Notes under the pieces: generated by a model | The model's database searches: none | Seen by the model: only the letters and a program-made list of their open reading frames with translations | What the model was told of the DNA's origin: nothing | Translations under genes and position numbers: made by a program | Assembly: GCF_004010195.1 (NCBI RefSeq) | Contig: NC_057755.1 | Coordinates: forward strand, 6,183,474 to 6,247,473 | DNA from: Chiloscyllium plagiosum | Taxonomy: Eukaryota | Length of the DNA: 64,000 bases | Direction of reading: 5' to 3' | In this document: positions 24,224-38,423 of the stretch, piece by piece | Position numbering within the stretch: position 1 is the first letter of the stretch | Layout: every line of letters begins with the position of its first letter

Positions 24224-24425
24224 CCATATAAGGGAGAACGGTGAACTCAAACACTGATTGGCTGGGTGATGAACCAAATAATCTCATCCATCAGGGAGGA
24301 CAGTGGGGAACTTTGACACCCATTGGCTGAGACAGTAGAAGGCCCAGCCCATTACTACATGTATATAATGCGCGGGGATTACAATCTGTGTGTGTGCCTC
24401 GTGGGAAGCCATTGAGGTAACACCC
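24224..24425 (+). promoter_or_regulatory. Putative Pol II promoter cassette (CArG, two inverted CCAAT, TATA, splice donor)
   Basis: CCATATAAGG at 24224-24233; ATTGG at 24257-24261 and 24322-24326; TATATAA at 24362-24368; GAG|gtaaca at ~24417. Confidence 0.4.
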
Positions 24426-24639
24426 GGTTCTGCAGAACTGAATACATAGTTTTGGACGAGCTCCTCCGTGTCTTTGTTCTTGGGAAGGGAAGCAGAGTGC
24501 CTGATGGGGGGTCGCAGAGGTCCCTATCTTGCACAAGGGGAAGAGTAAGCGAGATACAGAAGGGAAGGGGACACATGGAGGCGGCAAGGAGACCATCTTC
24601 ACCATTGCAGCTGCTTCCAGATCCATTTCCACATGGTCT

Positions 24640-24644
24640 CTCTG

Positions 24645-24676
<32 letters not shown>

Positions 24677-24678
24677 GT
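24640..24678. repeat. (CT)n microsatellite
   Basis: CT run. Confidence 0.9.
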
Positions 24679-24919
24679 ACCCATCAGGCACAGAGCCTAC
24701 TTGGGGAAGCTGAAACAATCAGATTCAAACACAACACACACAGTCTCGTCTTTGTGGGATTACGGAGTCCCTGGGAGAAAGCAGCAGCTCAAGGGTTGTC
24801 TCAGTCTGGCACTGTCCTTTTCCCAAGTCCCTCACTGACCCAGCCTGGGAGCACAGAAACACAAACACACACCCTGAGCAACCCCAGACACAGAGTCACA
24901 ACACAAGTTCAGACTACAG

Positions 24920-25215
24920 TACTCCACAAACTTAACACAAGACGTTTAAACAACTTAACACAGAATTCTTTATAAACATTCCAGCAACATTTTTGCCCAG
25001 GTGAGCACAGGCGTTTTTCACAAACTAAGACAAGAGTTTTGCACAGATTAATATAACTTTTTTATGACCTAAGGAACTCAGATTTATTCCACATATTTAT
25101 GCAAGATGTTTGCAAAATGTGACACACTGTTTTTGTATTAATTGATATAACATTTTTTGCCCAAATATGCACAGATTTATTCCACAGGTTAAGACATGAG
25201 ATTTGTACAGATTAA
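24920..25215. repeat. Degenerate AT-rich short-period tandem repeat
   Basis: Recurrent cacaaacttaacacaag, cacagattaa and cagatttattccaca units. Confidence 0.55.
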
Positions 25216-26224
25216 CGAAACGGCAATGAAGTATTGACGTATGCAAGTTTTTTGAGTTTGAGTTTTATCAGAATGAGTAAACATCTTCGTCTAGTTTCTT
25301 TCCTTGCCATGTTCTGGTCACCTTGTGAAATCGGGCGTGAAGTGTTCATGGTACAAAGATTCCCACGAAGCGCTTTGAGAAAACCTGATGCAACTTGTGA
25401 GAGAGAATTTACTTAAAGCGTGAAATCCATTGAGAACCACAAGAAGCAACAGGAAGGGGTGTCTTCAACCCCTACTGCAGCCATCATGTTGAGCCGAGGT
25501 CTGGAGATCAATGGGGCTGTGTCACAAGCGCCCTCATCAATAAAACCTGCTCATCAATAAAACTTGCACGTCCCATCAATGCAACAATTGAATATTCCCC
25601 GGTACAGTTCCAGGCAACGTATTCCAGGACACAACTGCATCAATGCTTGGCAAAGTACTTTTATTCTCCCATGCTGCATTTTCCTCTTTTGCAAGTTTTA
25701 TTAAATCTCAGCCTATCGTTCTCAATACGAGTGGAGACGACCATCTGTTCAATGATGTCATGGCCTGTCGTCTGTCTAAATTCCACTTTCCCTTGTTACT
25801 TTCGTACTCTGTGATATTACTAATGTTCTCACTTTCCATTCCACCTCTGCCCAACGTTCACATGTTTATAATGCAGAACCTGTCTAAATATGCCTTAAAA
25901 GGTTTCAATCTCTCTGCTTTCAGTTACTTTGCAGAAAGAGATTGTAACAACCTCATGAACTTAATGTGATTCCCCTTAAATCCACACAGATACCGGGAGC
26001 TCATTGAAACTTACATAAGATAAAAATCCCCTTCCTTTTACAAACTGTCTTCTGCTAGAAGACAGTTGACAGTTATTCCTTGTTATTCCAGGGCTCTGAA
26101 ACAAGAGTGGAACACAAATAAAAGATTTTTCCAAACATGTCTGTAATGGTGTGGGAAAGCTAATATTTCCCTCAAAAACAAACTCTTATAACCTGTGCTT
26201 CCCCATCGCAAGAATTAGGTCAGC

Positions 26225-26229
26225 TCTCC

Positions 26230-26282
<53 letters not shown>

Positions 26283-26468
26283 ACAATGCCAGTATTCTGA
26301 ACTGAACACTTATTGTACAGTTGTTTTTATTTAGTTGAGTGCTGAACACGTGCACGCGCATATATGCACAAAAATGCACAAACATCTGCGTACACACGCA
26401 TGTACACATACACATACACATACCCATACACACACGCATACACATATGTGTACACACACGTACACACC
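26225..26468. repeat. (CT)n and (CA)n microsatellites
   Basis: CT run at 26225-26279 and a CA/TACA-rich run at 26346-26468. Confidence 0.9.
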
Positions 26469-28645
26469 TGAATCCCCTGAGGTTTTCTCCTTCACAAAAC
26501 AATAAAGTAAAAGATGCAGCCCAATGGAACAGAGGGCAGACAGAAACAAATGCAAGTTCACAATGATACCATTTTATTTTATGATAGTTAATGTACAACA
26601 TTCAGGACCATTAAATCTTGGTGGTTATTCACAAAGTACAAGAACAAAGTGATAAACACTTCTACTCCCGAATGTGACACGGGCTTTGTAGATCTTCATG
26701 TGAAAGTATTCCCAGGATTGCCGACCTTAATGTTTTGACATCAGCTGCTGTCCACTTCAGCACTACAGTCCATTGCACACAAGGCAGTAAATCATTGTTA
26801 GAAAGTCTATGAGTAACAGATGGCGGTTTAGTACCATCCAAGAGGAGGAACAAAACGTTCACAGAAAAGAAAACGACTTTTCAACAAACAAGGGATCGCC
26901 TGAAGTAATCATGCAACACCATCAGACGTGTTTTTGAAACTTCACGATCTGAAATGTTTACATTGATTAACAAAGCAGCCAAGATGTATCAATGATCAGT
27001 TCCTCCACACGATCTGTCCTTCCTGCATTAATAATATATCCTGTAATTTTATGAGTGATCCTTCTGTTCCCGTTCAATGTCAATAAAACCCTAGACTGAT
27101 ACCTTGGTGAGATTTTATTGGTGATGACAAATTTGCAAAATTGATCGCATTATGCTGTCCAAATTTATTTTTTCAAAGAAAAAAAATGGAACTCAGCATA
27201 TGACCTTGACGTAACTTCTGTTTTATTTAATCTGTACTTGGTACTCAGCCTGAATATAATAACTCCAATCGACACTGAAAGAAAAAAAACTTTTTAAATC
27301 TCGACTGTCACAATACCACCTCAAACATCGCGGACTGAATGATAATAATAATCGATGTTCCCAGGTCCTTCTATGAATGATTCCATTTAATTTTTACATT
27401 GTTATTTTGGATTGATTCTCGTAGGGCACCTTCATTTTCTCTGAAGTAAATCAATCTGTTAATAATGGGTTCCATTAATCGAGGCAGTTAATTCACAGAA
27501 TCACCGAAATTGTTCCAGGTTAGAATGCGGGCTTTGAGTCCATAGTGCTTTTTAATTCTACGTTATCATCTTAATAATGACAATAGCAATACAAAATAGT
27601 AAGCATAGTCTTCAACATGCCACCATGGTAAACTAACAGGGAAACAGAAGTAACATTGGAGACAAAAATATAATTACATTGAAAGGAAAGGAAAAGATTG
27701 CGTTTTCTTTAGTTATGTTATGTACTTATTTGCTTGAATCCAGAAATATACGTTATTTTAAAAATATATTTATGTATATGCATAATCATTAAATATGTTC
27801 AATTCTGTGTCCTAGCATATGAAGAAGTGAAGAATCACGAGAGTGTGATTCAATTCAATAAAACAAACCAGTAACGTTTCTGACTTGTACTAAATGCTAT
27901 TTTCCTATGTACTTGTGTGTTCAATTTTAATTGCATTTTGCAATTAGTTGTACATTAAAATATTCCTGACTGTTTAATATTCTTGCAGTGTCGTTACCTG
28001 AACCAATCTTACAGAGGAAATGATTGACAGATCGACCGAGTGTCGCAAAAGAGGGAGGAGATTGTGAAGAATATGAAAGAAATGTTTCCTGTACAATTGT
28101 TAGACCAGAGCTGGACGCTGAACAGGCAGAGCTGGAGATGGAACAGGAGGATCTCACAGAGAGCTGGATGTGCGATTTATTGATAATAGGTCGTTATAAT
28201 GGATGATGGCTGACTTGTATCACTTCATACATAGGATTGTAAAAATGTTCAAGGACATTGCATCGAAAGAAACTCTTGCAGGGTCAGGGGACATTGTCAG
28301 GGCAACGGACTTTAACATTATTTAGAATCCCTCCACTGCAGAACACATTTTTTATTCTTCGTTTCCATTTATTAGTAACACATTTGTACATACCTCATCT
28401 GAAAATGTAAAAATCACACTTGTGCTGGAGTGAACATTTCCAATGTTGACCATCCTGCCCTATATGAGGTGTACTCAATATTCCCCCAGCCAAGTAATGT
28501 TTATTTGTAATACCATCAGACGTTTTCCATAGTTTACTGCATCACAGAAGGTTGTGAGGGATAATTCTGGCAGTTATTAACACGAAACGCCATAACACAT
28601 TCCAGTGCACTTTCAGATGTACAAGTTATTCACTGATTGTATAAA

Positions 28646-29517
28646 TTATAAAACCAGAGATGTAAAGGCGTTCTTTATTTTCTCTCTAAACTTAGACTGG
28701 GTTGCTGCATAAATAAATGTGTTTGTGCAGCAACTTAAATTCCGCAACATGATTCCAAAACTTCCAAATATTATTTTAGAGTCAGTGTACTTTATTCCTC
28801 CAATAGAATCAAGAAAGAAGTTTATAATAAATATTAACCAGAGAAGTATAAAACTACCAGATATGGTGAATAGTAAAATGACAGACTTCTTCCTGCTTTT
28901 CATCTCTGCATCGTTGTTTTTCGCACCATTTCTTTGACTCTTCAGCTCCTTACGGACTCGCATCGATGCTAAAATGTATCTGACAGTCAGAGCGTTGATG
29001 AGGAGAATTAGAGCGAATGGAAGAAGTTGGTTTAAAGCTTTAGCAAAGTAGTCATAACCAAACCATGCAGGATCAGTATAATAGCTTGGTTTAGCAGAAC
29101 AAAACCACGGTATATTGTTAACTATTCTCCGGGGCTCATATATGAAAAAGATGGGAACATTTTTCAAGCAAAGCAGAATACAGGTTGTTGAAAGCACCAC
29201 AGCTGCAGTTCTCTCTGTGCAAAATCGTGCTCTCAGATTTTGGCGACAAACAGCTACAAATCGATCAAAAGAGAAAGCCATGGTGAACCATACAGAACAA
29301 TCTATGACTGTATCACATAATGCATCATGAACACTACACGCAGGAGTGATGTCGAGGAAAAATACTGGGGCTTCATAGTAATAAATAACTTCTCTCAATA
29401 TGACTTCAAATATAATGACCAGAAGATCTGCCATTGCCATAGCCACGAGGTAGCGAATGGTGCACTTTGAAATGCCACAATTTCCACGGGAGAGAATCAT
29501 AACTGCCAGCAAATTAG
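28646..29517 (-). CDS. GPR139/GPR142-like class A GPCR (copy 2, intact), exon 2
   Basis: Acceptor tttctcacacag|CT AAT TTG. An open 872-nt frame carries TM1 end to TM7: SRGNCGISKC, AMADLL, DCSVWFT, FDRFVAVC, PWFC, LLPF..ILL.N, SRKKSVILLF, SCCTNTFIY, QSKFRE. Spliced product 312 aa. AATAAA at 28505-28500. Confidence 0.92.
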
Positions 29518-30584
29518 CTGTGTGAGAAACAAAGGAAAAGATGATGGAATTTAATCAGCGACTGTCTTCTATGTCTGACGCGGTCAGTACGGAAATAATG
29601 AAACAATCATAGGGTTTCTGCTGTTGCGAAATCTGCAAATTTAATGCCAAATCTAAAATAACTTCAGAATTACCAAGTTCTCAGATAGTGGAGATTTGTT
29701 GATTCCTGAATTGCATGAGCTTTGTCTGGATCAGTGCCTGATTGAGAGTGGGGAGAGTGCAGACTAATACTTGAATCATGATTTGAATATTTTGAGATAC
29801 AGGCAGTTCTTAATCATTGTGATTCTGATGGAATTCGTTCCAATTTCAAATGGAACTTCTTCCGTGACACTTCAGGGTATAATGCTTTCTCCCCTTGATC
29901 AGACACTCAACACCACTGTTCCTCGCATTATCTCCCAGTCATGGTACACTCCTCTCTATGTTTCGTACACAACTCAGAATCAGATGCATTCCCTGAATGG
30001 TTGTCTTCTCCCATTGTTTCGGTGTAACAGATCTGTTTTATGTTGTTAATCATGTGTCTCCATCCTCAACCAGTGTGAATGCCTTTATGAGCTCACGAAA
30101 TTGTAAGGAATAGTAGGTGGTTCGACCGTTCAAGCCTGAGTTATGTACATGGCGAGTCAAAATATCCCACATTGAATTCTAGCCCTGACCACCTTTCATT
30201 CATTGCGAAAGTAGAATCAATCTAATTCTGCCTCCAAAAGACTGAATGCCTCTCATTTTAATGTCTTTTCAGCAATAGAGTATAATAGACTAGTAAATTA
30301 TGGGATGAAAATCACTAGTCTTGACTCTCTGTTGCATGTGCTGGCCTTAATATTTCCAAACAAACTCTGAGCTCTTGAGAATTCCACAAGATGAACATAT
30401 CCTTCCTTTTGCACGTCAGTGTAGAGGTCATCATTTTATAACTTGTTGGTCCAAGATTCAGAAGGCAGACTAGAATACAACGGAAATAAGATCCAAAACC
30501 TCTCTGATGGTGGGGGGAAATAAACAACATTTCGAACAGCAATGCAATAATCTGTTAAGCCTGAATGCCCACCATTACCATGTG

Positions 30585-30698
30585 GACACACAGACACACA
30601 CACTCACACACACACGCAGACGCACACACAAATCCACACGCATACACAATTTCACACACATACACACGTACAGAGAGAGAGAGAGAGAGAGAGAGAGA
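30585..30698. repeat. Compound (CA)n(GA)n microsatellite
   Basis: CA-rich run followed by a GA run, within the intron of copy 2. Confidence 0.9.
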
Positions 30699-31529
30699 CT
30701 GCAGAACCTCCAATGGACTTGATTCAATTGTATGAACAAGATGGTTTCAACAGCACCAGTATTCAGATCTGAACTTTGATTGCCAAGTTGGCTGTGTTCA
30801 GACGAATGTACAGAAGAGCACACAATGCTGTAAATGTGATTCGATTACAGTTTTAAAAGGCTGCAACATGGTTTGCCAACTTTTATATTCAAGAGCTCGA
30901 CCGATGACGTCACGCATAACATGCACTTTCTTCATGACCCTAGCTGCCTGCGTTGCCATTCTCAGGAACAACTCCTGAAGATATTGACATTGCCAGAAAA
31001 ACGAATTTGCACTCGGAAAGCTCTTAGAAAGTACATGAATAAAATGCACTGTTAATCGTTTGTGGAGCAAGTATTAGGGCTTTCCAAATCTGACAAAAGG
31101 ATACTAGCATGCCTTTGACGTGACAGAGATGTACCTGCATATGGTCTGACATTGACGTTTCACAAATCAAGGCATCATTGCAGTCAATATCTGTGAACAT
31201 TGAGACCCTTCTGGAAAGCAGTAATACAAATGCAACATGAGTGCTCTGTTCATCAAATGCATCTCTCGACTGGTTTACACTAATAGCCCTGAATAAACTG
31301 AATATTGAATTCATTGAAACATTTGAGTTTTCTCATTTAGATCTGTGAATCCATCCTGTGGTTCTTAAAGGGAGGGAAATATTTGATTGCCTCACAAATT
31401 TAAGCAAAGTGCAATAGTTCGTGGTGCATTAAACTTCAAAACAGTAATTTGAATGTAGTTACAAAATTACTTTTTGTTTGAGTGCAGAATAACCATTGGC
31501 CCAAACAATTGCAGATGGAGATTACCTCA

Positions 31530-31965
31530 GCTGAATGAGAGGGGTTACATTTCTGGAAGGTGAATTGGCTCAGGCTTGTGGGGAATGGGGCTGAACAAAG
31601 AGAGTGTAGGGTGCAGATTCACGGTTCCTTGCAGGTGGAATCACATGTAGACAGGAAGTCAAGAAGGGATTTGGAAACTTATGTTTACTGCTACTCCATT
31701 GAATATAGGCGTTGGGGAAGTATATAAAAGGGTAAGTTTTTCATGAAGCGGGTGGTGCGTCCTTGGAACGAGCTGCCAGACTAAGTGGTGGAGTGTGGTC
31801 CAATTACAAAATTACAAAGGCATCTAGATCCGTACACGAATGCAGAGGGTTGAGAGGGATGTCGGTCAAATTATGGAATATGAAATTAAATGTTTTTAAA
31901 ATGTCTGGTCGGCATGGATGGGCAGGGCTGAAGAGTCTGTTTCTGTGCTGTCCCACTATGTGACT
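31530..31965 (+). mobile_element. CR1 LINE 3' fragment (internally deleted)
   Basis: gaacaaagagagtgtagggtgcag, ggaacgagctgccaga and tail gggctgaagagtctgtttctgtgctg. Confidence 0.65.
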
Positions 31966-32819
31966 CTTTGAAATTATGACTACTCTTTTGAAAAAAAAAG
32001 TTAATTTACTGAAGGACGAAACTAATGTGATTACTGAGATAGATTTCTATATGATCATCGGTTAGAAGAAGCCTGAGCAATTTTCCGCAATTTGCAGTAT
32101 TAGCCCATGAAAGTATTTGTCATAAAGCTTCACTATGTCACTGCTGCTTGTGATGCACACGCGCTCTGCGCTGCTTTGAGATTTCTCTCCAGGCCGAATG
32201 TCTTCGCATTATCCCTTTTCAAACTCTATTTGTTGATATCCCGTGCATGGAAATGAAGGGACAGGGCTGTTGGCTTTTACTGGTCAATAAAAGCCATGAA
32301 TCTAAGTGAAAAATCCACATTTTATTTTAAAGGTCTTCACAAGAAAGCACAAATAAAAAATATGCAGAGAATAGAATAAATAGGTTGAGGAAAGTGTAAG
32401 CTATTTTATAATTCAGACATCTTAATTAATTCTAGCAAGGAAATAAATCTTATTTCAAGAACACATAGGTGGATGTTCACAACAACACAGCAGGAAACTG
32501 TTGCAACAGTGGATCTTACTTTGCACAAGTCTACGGGAATAGATGTTTCCAATAGTCTTCTACTGAATGACCACATTAGCCGTTGTTCATTTCAACACTG
32601 GACAGCACGAAAGGCAGTAAATCCTTGCCAGAAAACATTTGAACTACACATAATGATAGCATATCATCTTAAGAGTTGGGATATATTTGCAGAGACAAAT
32701 GAATTCATTTGATCAAACAACTGACGGAATGATTTACGGCCTGTGCAGTTGTGATAAGCACATAACATCATCAGGCACACAGTAACATTTACAAAACTTC
32801 TATTGTCACTCTCACTTAC

Positions 32820-32886
32820 CGAGAAGACCAACAACAGCAAGGATCATATAATATACTTGTTGGAAATCGTACATTTGAAAAGCCAT
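32820..32886 (-). CDS. GPR139/GPR142-like GPCR (copy 2), exon 1
   Basis: ATG GCT TTT... reads MAFQMYDFQQVYYMILAVVGLL G|gtaagtgag. It is 67 nt (phase 1) and joins in frame to 29517, giving GLL-A-NLL. Confidence 0.88.
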
Positions 32887-32969
32887 TTCTAGGTCAATGT
32901 GCGTCGTTTTGTGTTGCCATTAATCCCCTCGTACTTATGTCTGTAGTGATAAAATACCAGGGCCATACA

Positions 32970-32975
32970 TTTATA
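32970..32975 (-). promoter_or_regulatory. Candidate TATA box of GPCR copy 2
   Basis: TATAAA about 85 nt upstream of the ATG at 32886. Confidence 0.4.
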
Positions 32976-33469
32976 CCTAGGAGGTTTGCTAGCTCATGTC
33001 AACGTCATTCTTTCCAACGAAAACAAAAGTAAACAGATTATGACCCTGTGTAGATTCCATTTCACTGATATAACACATTGCGCTGCGATACAATTGCATA
33101 ATTCTGACAAAGTAATGAAAAAGCATTAAAATTTCATAACAACGTAATTATTCCCTGCAGTATTAGCGACGTTAATACATTTCTGATTGATTCTCCTCTG
33201 CACACCATTGACATTCGATTAATGCATTGTGAAAGTGTATGTGCTCTCGTTGAACCTTTTTTTGGTAATAAATCGATCATAAATAATTCGGGAAAACGGT
33301 AACGTATGCAGACTTAGTTAAATAATCCGATACCTTATTTTATAACCATGACCAAAGTTATAAAGGCAGTTACTTGGACAATGAAGTTTTTTATAATGTT
33401 TGGGCTGGAATTTATACCCTGAAGAACGATGGCAATGAGGCACGAGGCTTTACATCTTTAATTTCCCAC

Positions 33470-34085
33470 AATTCAGTTGTCTACGGGGCAGGTCAAGCAG
33501 ATTGGAAAACAGCAAATGCAACGTTACTGTTTGTAAAAAGAAAAGAGGGAGTCAAAAGATGAGGAATTCTGAACCGCTTCACTTAACTTCTGTAGTTGGG
33601 AAAATGCTTGCGGATTTTATCGAGGAAGGAAGAGGAAGGCCTGTAGATAGAAATTGTCCCTTAACAGACGCAGCATGGGCTCATAAAGGACAGGACATGT
33701 TTCTGTAATATTCTGTAATTCTCTGAAGACATAACGAGCGTGGTGTACAATAGGGTCACGATAGATGTGGTGTGTCTGGAATTTCAAAAGGCATTGAATA
33801 GGATGCACGAAACAGGCTGCTGCATAAGAGGAAGATACATGTAGTTCTAGCAATGTATTAGCACGAGTAGAGGATGAATTAAGTAATAGGAAACAAAGAG
33901 TGGGAACAAATGAGTGCTATTCTGTTTTGCAAACAGTGACCAGTGGTGTGCCTCAGGGAACAGCGTTGGGAGATCAATTATTCACATGGATTATTTGTAA
34001 CTGGGTACCACACATAGTGTATGAATATTTGCGATAACACTAAGATAAGTGGTAGAACAAAGTGTGCAGCGTACTGTGAAACATT
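33470..34085 (+). mobile_element. Old CR1 LINE RT fragment
   Basis: DWKTANAT.LF.K, PLHLTSVVGKML and VTSGVPQG motifs. Confidence 0.75.
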
Positions 34086-35859
34086 GTAATCCTCCTGCTT
34101 TCAGTTCTCTGGCGATCATATCCCAGTGGACTTAATGATACCTTCGTGAGACTTCCTTTGTGATGTTGAACTTGCAGCATTGATCAACATTATGTTTTTC
34201 AAACTTTCTTTGAGTAAAAAAAGAGTAAGCAGAATATGAATTTGACAAAATGTCCGTTTCATTCAATCTCTACCTGGCACTCAACCTTAACAGCATATCT
34301 CTGATCAACGTTAAAATAACCCAAAATTGTTTTTAAGCTGTATTTTAATACAAAGATGGTGCTGAATCACACGACAGAGATCCAACGATACAACTGAACA
34401 ATGTTCTCGGATCCTTCGATGAATGAGAACATACCTTATGATTTTGCATGGACTCTCCTTGTGCCGTTTTCGATTTATCTGAAATAAATCTGCCACAGGC
34501 AACTGCGAATAACAGGTTCCATTAATAGAGCCAGTGAATCCACAAGATCATCGAATCTGTTACAAATTAGAATGCGGGGCATTCAACCAATCGTGCTTTC
34601 ATTTATTCTATATTATTATTGTATTAAAGACAATACCATTACCAGTCTTCGACATGCCACAGTGTGAAGGAAATATAAGTAAGAGTATCAAGGAAAGTAT
34701 AGTTTCATTGAAAGGAAGGGACTGTTTGTGTTTTCTGTATTTATGTACGTTTTTTCCAGAATATGCTTTATTCATCTGAAAATCTTTATTTACACACATA
34801 ATCACTAAAGCGGTTCAGTTACACTAGCATATGAAGAAGTGAACAAACATTGAAGTTTGACTGGACAATAGACATTTCTTAATTTTACAAGATAATATTT
34901 GCACATATATATTTCTACTCTATAATAACTGCATTTTGTAATTAGTTGTGCAGTGCAATATTCTTGATTTTCCAATACCTTTAGAACCTCCTGCATTTTT
35001 ATTTGGCAATGTTATCTCAAAAATGATATGAATTATGACAACGCACTTAATTTGCATTCTCAAAATATGATTTTGACATTTCTCCAAACACCAAAGTGGA
35101 TTACAGAGGATATGTCTTTAATTGATTCACAATGATTTTCCAACAAAATGTTATAAGGGAGGACTGTTGTCTAATCAGGGCAATGTAGGTTCACTTGTCG
35201 CTGAAACCATATTTCCTCGTGCAGTTTGGTCTCATGAGCAATCCTGAAGGAAGAAAGACTGACAGGTGGATCGAGTATCAGAATAGGGGGAGGAGGTTGC
35301 GATGAATGTGAAAAAGTGCTTTCTCTATAATTGTTATAATAGAGATGGATGATGTACAGGCAGAGATGGCGATGTCAAGGAACAATCTCGCAAAGTGCTG
35401 GATGTGTGATTTATTGGTTGTATTGGGTGATGGCTACCTTGTATCAGTTCAAACGTAGGTTTGTAAAAACTGCTGAAGAACACCCGATCGAAAGACACTG
35501 TTGCAGAGTCAGGGAACGTCGTCACTGCAAATGCACTTAAAATACATGTAATCAATGAACGGCTGAGGTTTTGATACGTTGTGACCATTCTTTTCCATTT
35601 GTTAATGACATATATATTCGAAGCTCATCTGAAAAGGTGCAAATCAAACTTATGCAGGAGCGAACATTTCCAATGTTTATCCTCCTGACCAGTACGAGAT
35701 GCCCTCAATTTCCTTACAGACCATTAATATCTATTCGCAATGCCATCAGAAGTTTGACAACTCACCTTATACGATGGTTAAGTGTAAACCTGGCATTTAC
35801 AGACTGGAAACACTGCGACATATACCAGTTCACTCTCAAATTTACAAGTCATTTATTCA

Positions 35860-36427
35860 TTATATAAGCTATGAAACCAAAGATGCCAGGCACGTCCATG
35901 ATTTTCTCTCTGAACTTAGACTGAATTGCCACATAAAAAATTGTGTTTATGCAGTGGAGCAATGGAGTTAACCCTTGAACAATGCTCTCAAATCACGCCT
36001 TCCAGGATTAGTATAAATGGTCGGTTTGACGAAACAAAACAATAGAAAATTGTTAACCATCTTCCTAGGCTCATAAATATTGTAATTGAGGATGTTCCTC
36101 AAATAGAGCAGAATGAATGTTGTTGAAGTACCACATCTGCAGTTATCCCGGTGTAAAATCGTGCTGTCAGTTTATTGCAATAAACAGCTGCAAATCGATC
36201 AAAAGAGAATGTGATCGTGAACCAGATAGAGCGCTATATGACTGCTTCAGACAAGGAAAAGTAAATTCTAAATACTGGGGCTTCTTAATAATAAATAACC
36301 ACTCTCAATATGACCTGAAATATAATGACCAGAGGATCTTCCATTGCCATTCCCACAAGGTAGCAAGTAGTGCACTTCGAAATGCCATATCATCTGCAGG
36401 ACTGAATCATAACTGCCAACAAATTGC
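35860..36427 (-). pseudogene. GPR139/GPR142-like pseudogene (copy 3), paralog of copy 2 exon 2
   Basis: Acceptor tcaaacag|GC AAT TTG TTG GCA GTT ATG ATT closely matches copy 2. It has an early TGA, a TAA in place of a Tyr, frameshifts, and a deletion joining TM5 (ttaactccattgctcc) to TM7 (CINTIFYVAIQSKFREKI). Exon 1 was not found. Confidence 0.9.
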
Positions 36428-37136
36428 CTGTTTGAGAAAATAAGGAAAAGATTATGGAATTTGCTCAGCAAACATGTGTCTCCGTTGTGGTCAATACAGC
36501 TAGGTGGAGAACTGAATATGGGAAAGTGGAGACATTTGTAGGATTTCTGCTTCTGTGATGCATAAACATTCCAATGCAAAATCTTAAATAACTAAGGCTT
36601 ATTTAAAACAACATGTTTATGCCATTGTGGGATATGAAACTTCCAGGCTTTCAGATAGTTGAGAGAAGTTGAATCATCAAATACATGAGCCTTGGCTGTA
36701 TTAGTACCTGACTAAGAGTGAGGAATGTACAGACTAATACTCGAGTCATGAATTGGATTTTCTGAGGAACAGAAATTTCCTGTTCTCAATGATCCTGTTG
36801 GAATTGGCTCCCATTTCAAAAGTAACTTCTTCACAGTTTCCTCATAGAGTAAAGCTTTCTCCTTTTGATCAGGCTCCCAACACCACTGTTCACAGAATTA
36901 GCTCTCAGTCATGATTCACTCATCTGTATATTTCGCGCACAACTTCGAATCAGAGGCTCTCCCAGAATGGGTGCCATTTCCCTTTTGTTCGATATAGCAT
37001 GTCTGTTTCCATGTGTCTTGCATGATTTACTTGTACATCTGCATCGTCTATCACGCATGAATAACCGTTTGTGCTCACAACATAGGAGCAGGATTAAGTG
37101 ATAGGACATGCAAAGCTGAAATATATTCAGAATCTC

Positions 37137-37437
37137 CAGATCTAAAGGGGCATAGGTTTAGGGTGAGAGGGGAAAGATATAAAAGAGACCTACGGGGCAA
37201 CTTTATTCAGACAGAGGGTTGTACGTGTATGGAATGAGCTGCCAGAGGAAGTGGTGGAGGCTGGTACAACTTCAACGTTGAAGAGGCATTTTGATGAGTA
37301 GATGGACAGAAAGGTTTGAAGCGATATGGGCCGGGGACTGGCAGGTGGGACTAGATTGGGTTGGAATATCTGGTCGGCATGAAAGGGTTGGACTGAAGGT
37401 TCTGCTTCCATGCTGGACATCTCTGTGACTCTATGAC
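37137..37437 (+). mobile_element. Young CR1 3' end
   Basis: Closely matches the 3' end of the CR1 at 62505-62805 and ends in ctctgtgactctatga. Confidence 0.85.
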
Positions 37438-38071
37438 CCCCTATTCTGTTCTAGTGATGACCGCCTTTCCATTATTTATAAAACAGAATCAGTCAACTCT
37501 GTTCAAAGTGTCTCACTTAATCTGTTTTCAGTGTCGTTGCAGAATGAACATGAAATAGACTAATTAATTCTGGGAGGAAAATTGTTTTTCGCAATGCTCT
37601 TTTGCATTTGCTGACGCTCATATCTAGACAGAAATGCCGACCTCTTGAACTTCTCACAAAATGTAAATAACTTTCCATCTGCAAAACACTGAGCGTGATA
37701 AGGTCCTCATTTTTATAGCTTGTTGTGCCAAGATTGAGAACGCAGACTTGAATAGCACCCACAGAATCTCAAAACCTTTCCGATGGAATGGGTAAGCCAG
37801 TTTTTCCAACGATAATGAACAATGTAACCATCTGTTAATCCCAACTCTCCGCCAATACCACCAGAAGAAGTGTACATACACAGAAACTCACACTCACGCA
37901 CATACACACCTTAAATCTACAATGACTTGCCTATTAGTGTATTACCAAGGTAGTTTTTACCTCACCAGTTTTCAGAACTGAACTCTGATTGGAGAGTTGT
38001 TTTTATTTATATGAATGCTGTAGTCCCTGCTAACCTTTATTTTTTTGCCTCCCCGATCCTAAATAATTTTC

Positions 38072-38423
38072 AGGGAGGCGATGGCTTACAGATATTACCT
38101 TCAGACTATTGATCTCCAGAGACCCAGATAAAGTCCTGGACACCTGTCATAGAATCCCACCACGGCAGATGGTGGAAATTGATTTCAAGCAAAAGGTGGA
38201 ATTAGGAATCAAATAATGACCATGAGCTGATTGCTGCTGAATCCATCTGTTTCACCGATATCTATTAGGAAAGGAGAGTGCCATCCTGACTTGGTCTGCC
38301 CTACATTTGACTCCAGACCCACAGCAACGTGTTTGATTCTTAACTACACTTCGAGCGATTTAGGATGAGAAATAAATGCTGGCTGGCCAGTGACACCCCA
38401 GTTCGTTGAACGAATAAAGAAAT
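38072..38423 (+). mobile_element. tRNA-derived SINE (second family)
   Basis: Head gggaggcgatggc..gaatcccaccacggcagatggtgg, core ctacatttgactccagacccacagcaa, tail aataaatgctggc..gaataaagaaa. Confidence 0.65.

Noticed and set aside
23709..24975. Several 100-148 aa ORFs
   Set aside because: They are explained by GA/CT microsatellites, SINE sequence and GC-rich composition; no protein family is recognisable.
26281..26601. Cys/Val- and His/Thr-rich ORFs
   Set aside because: They are translations of a (CA)n microsatellite.
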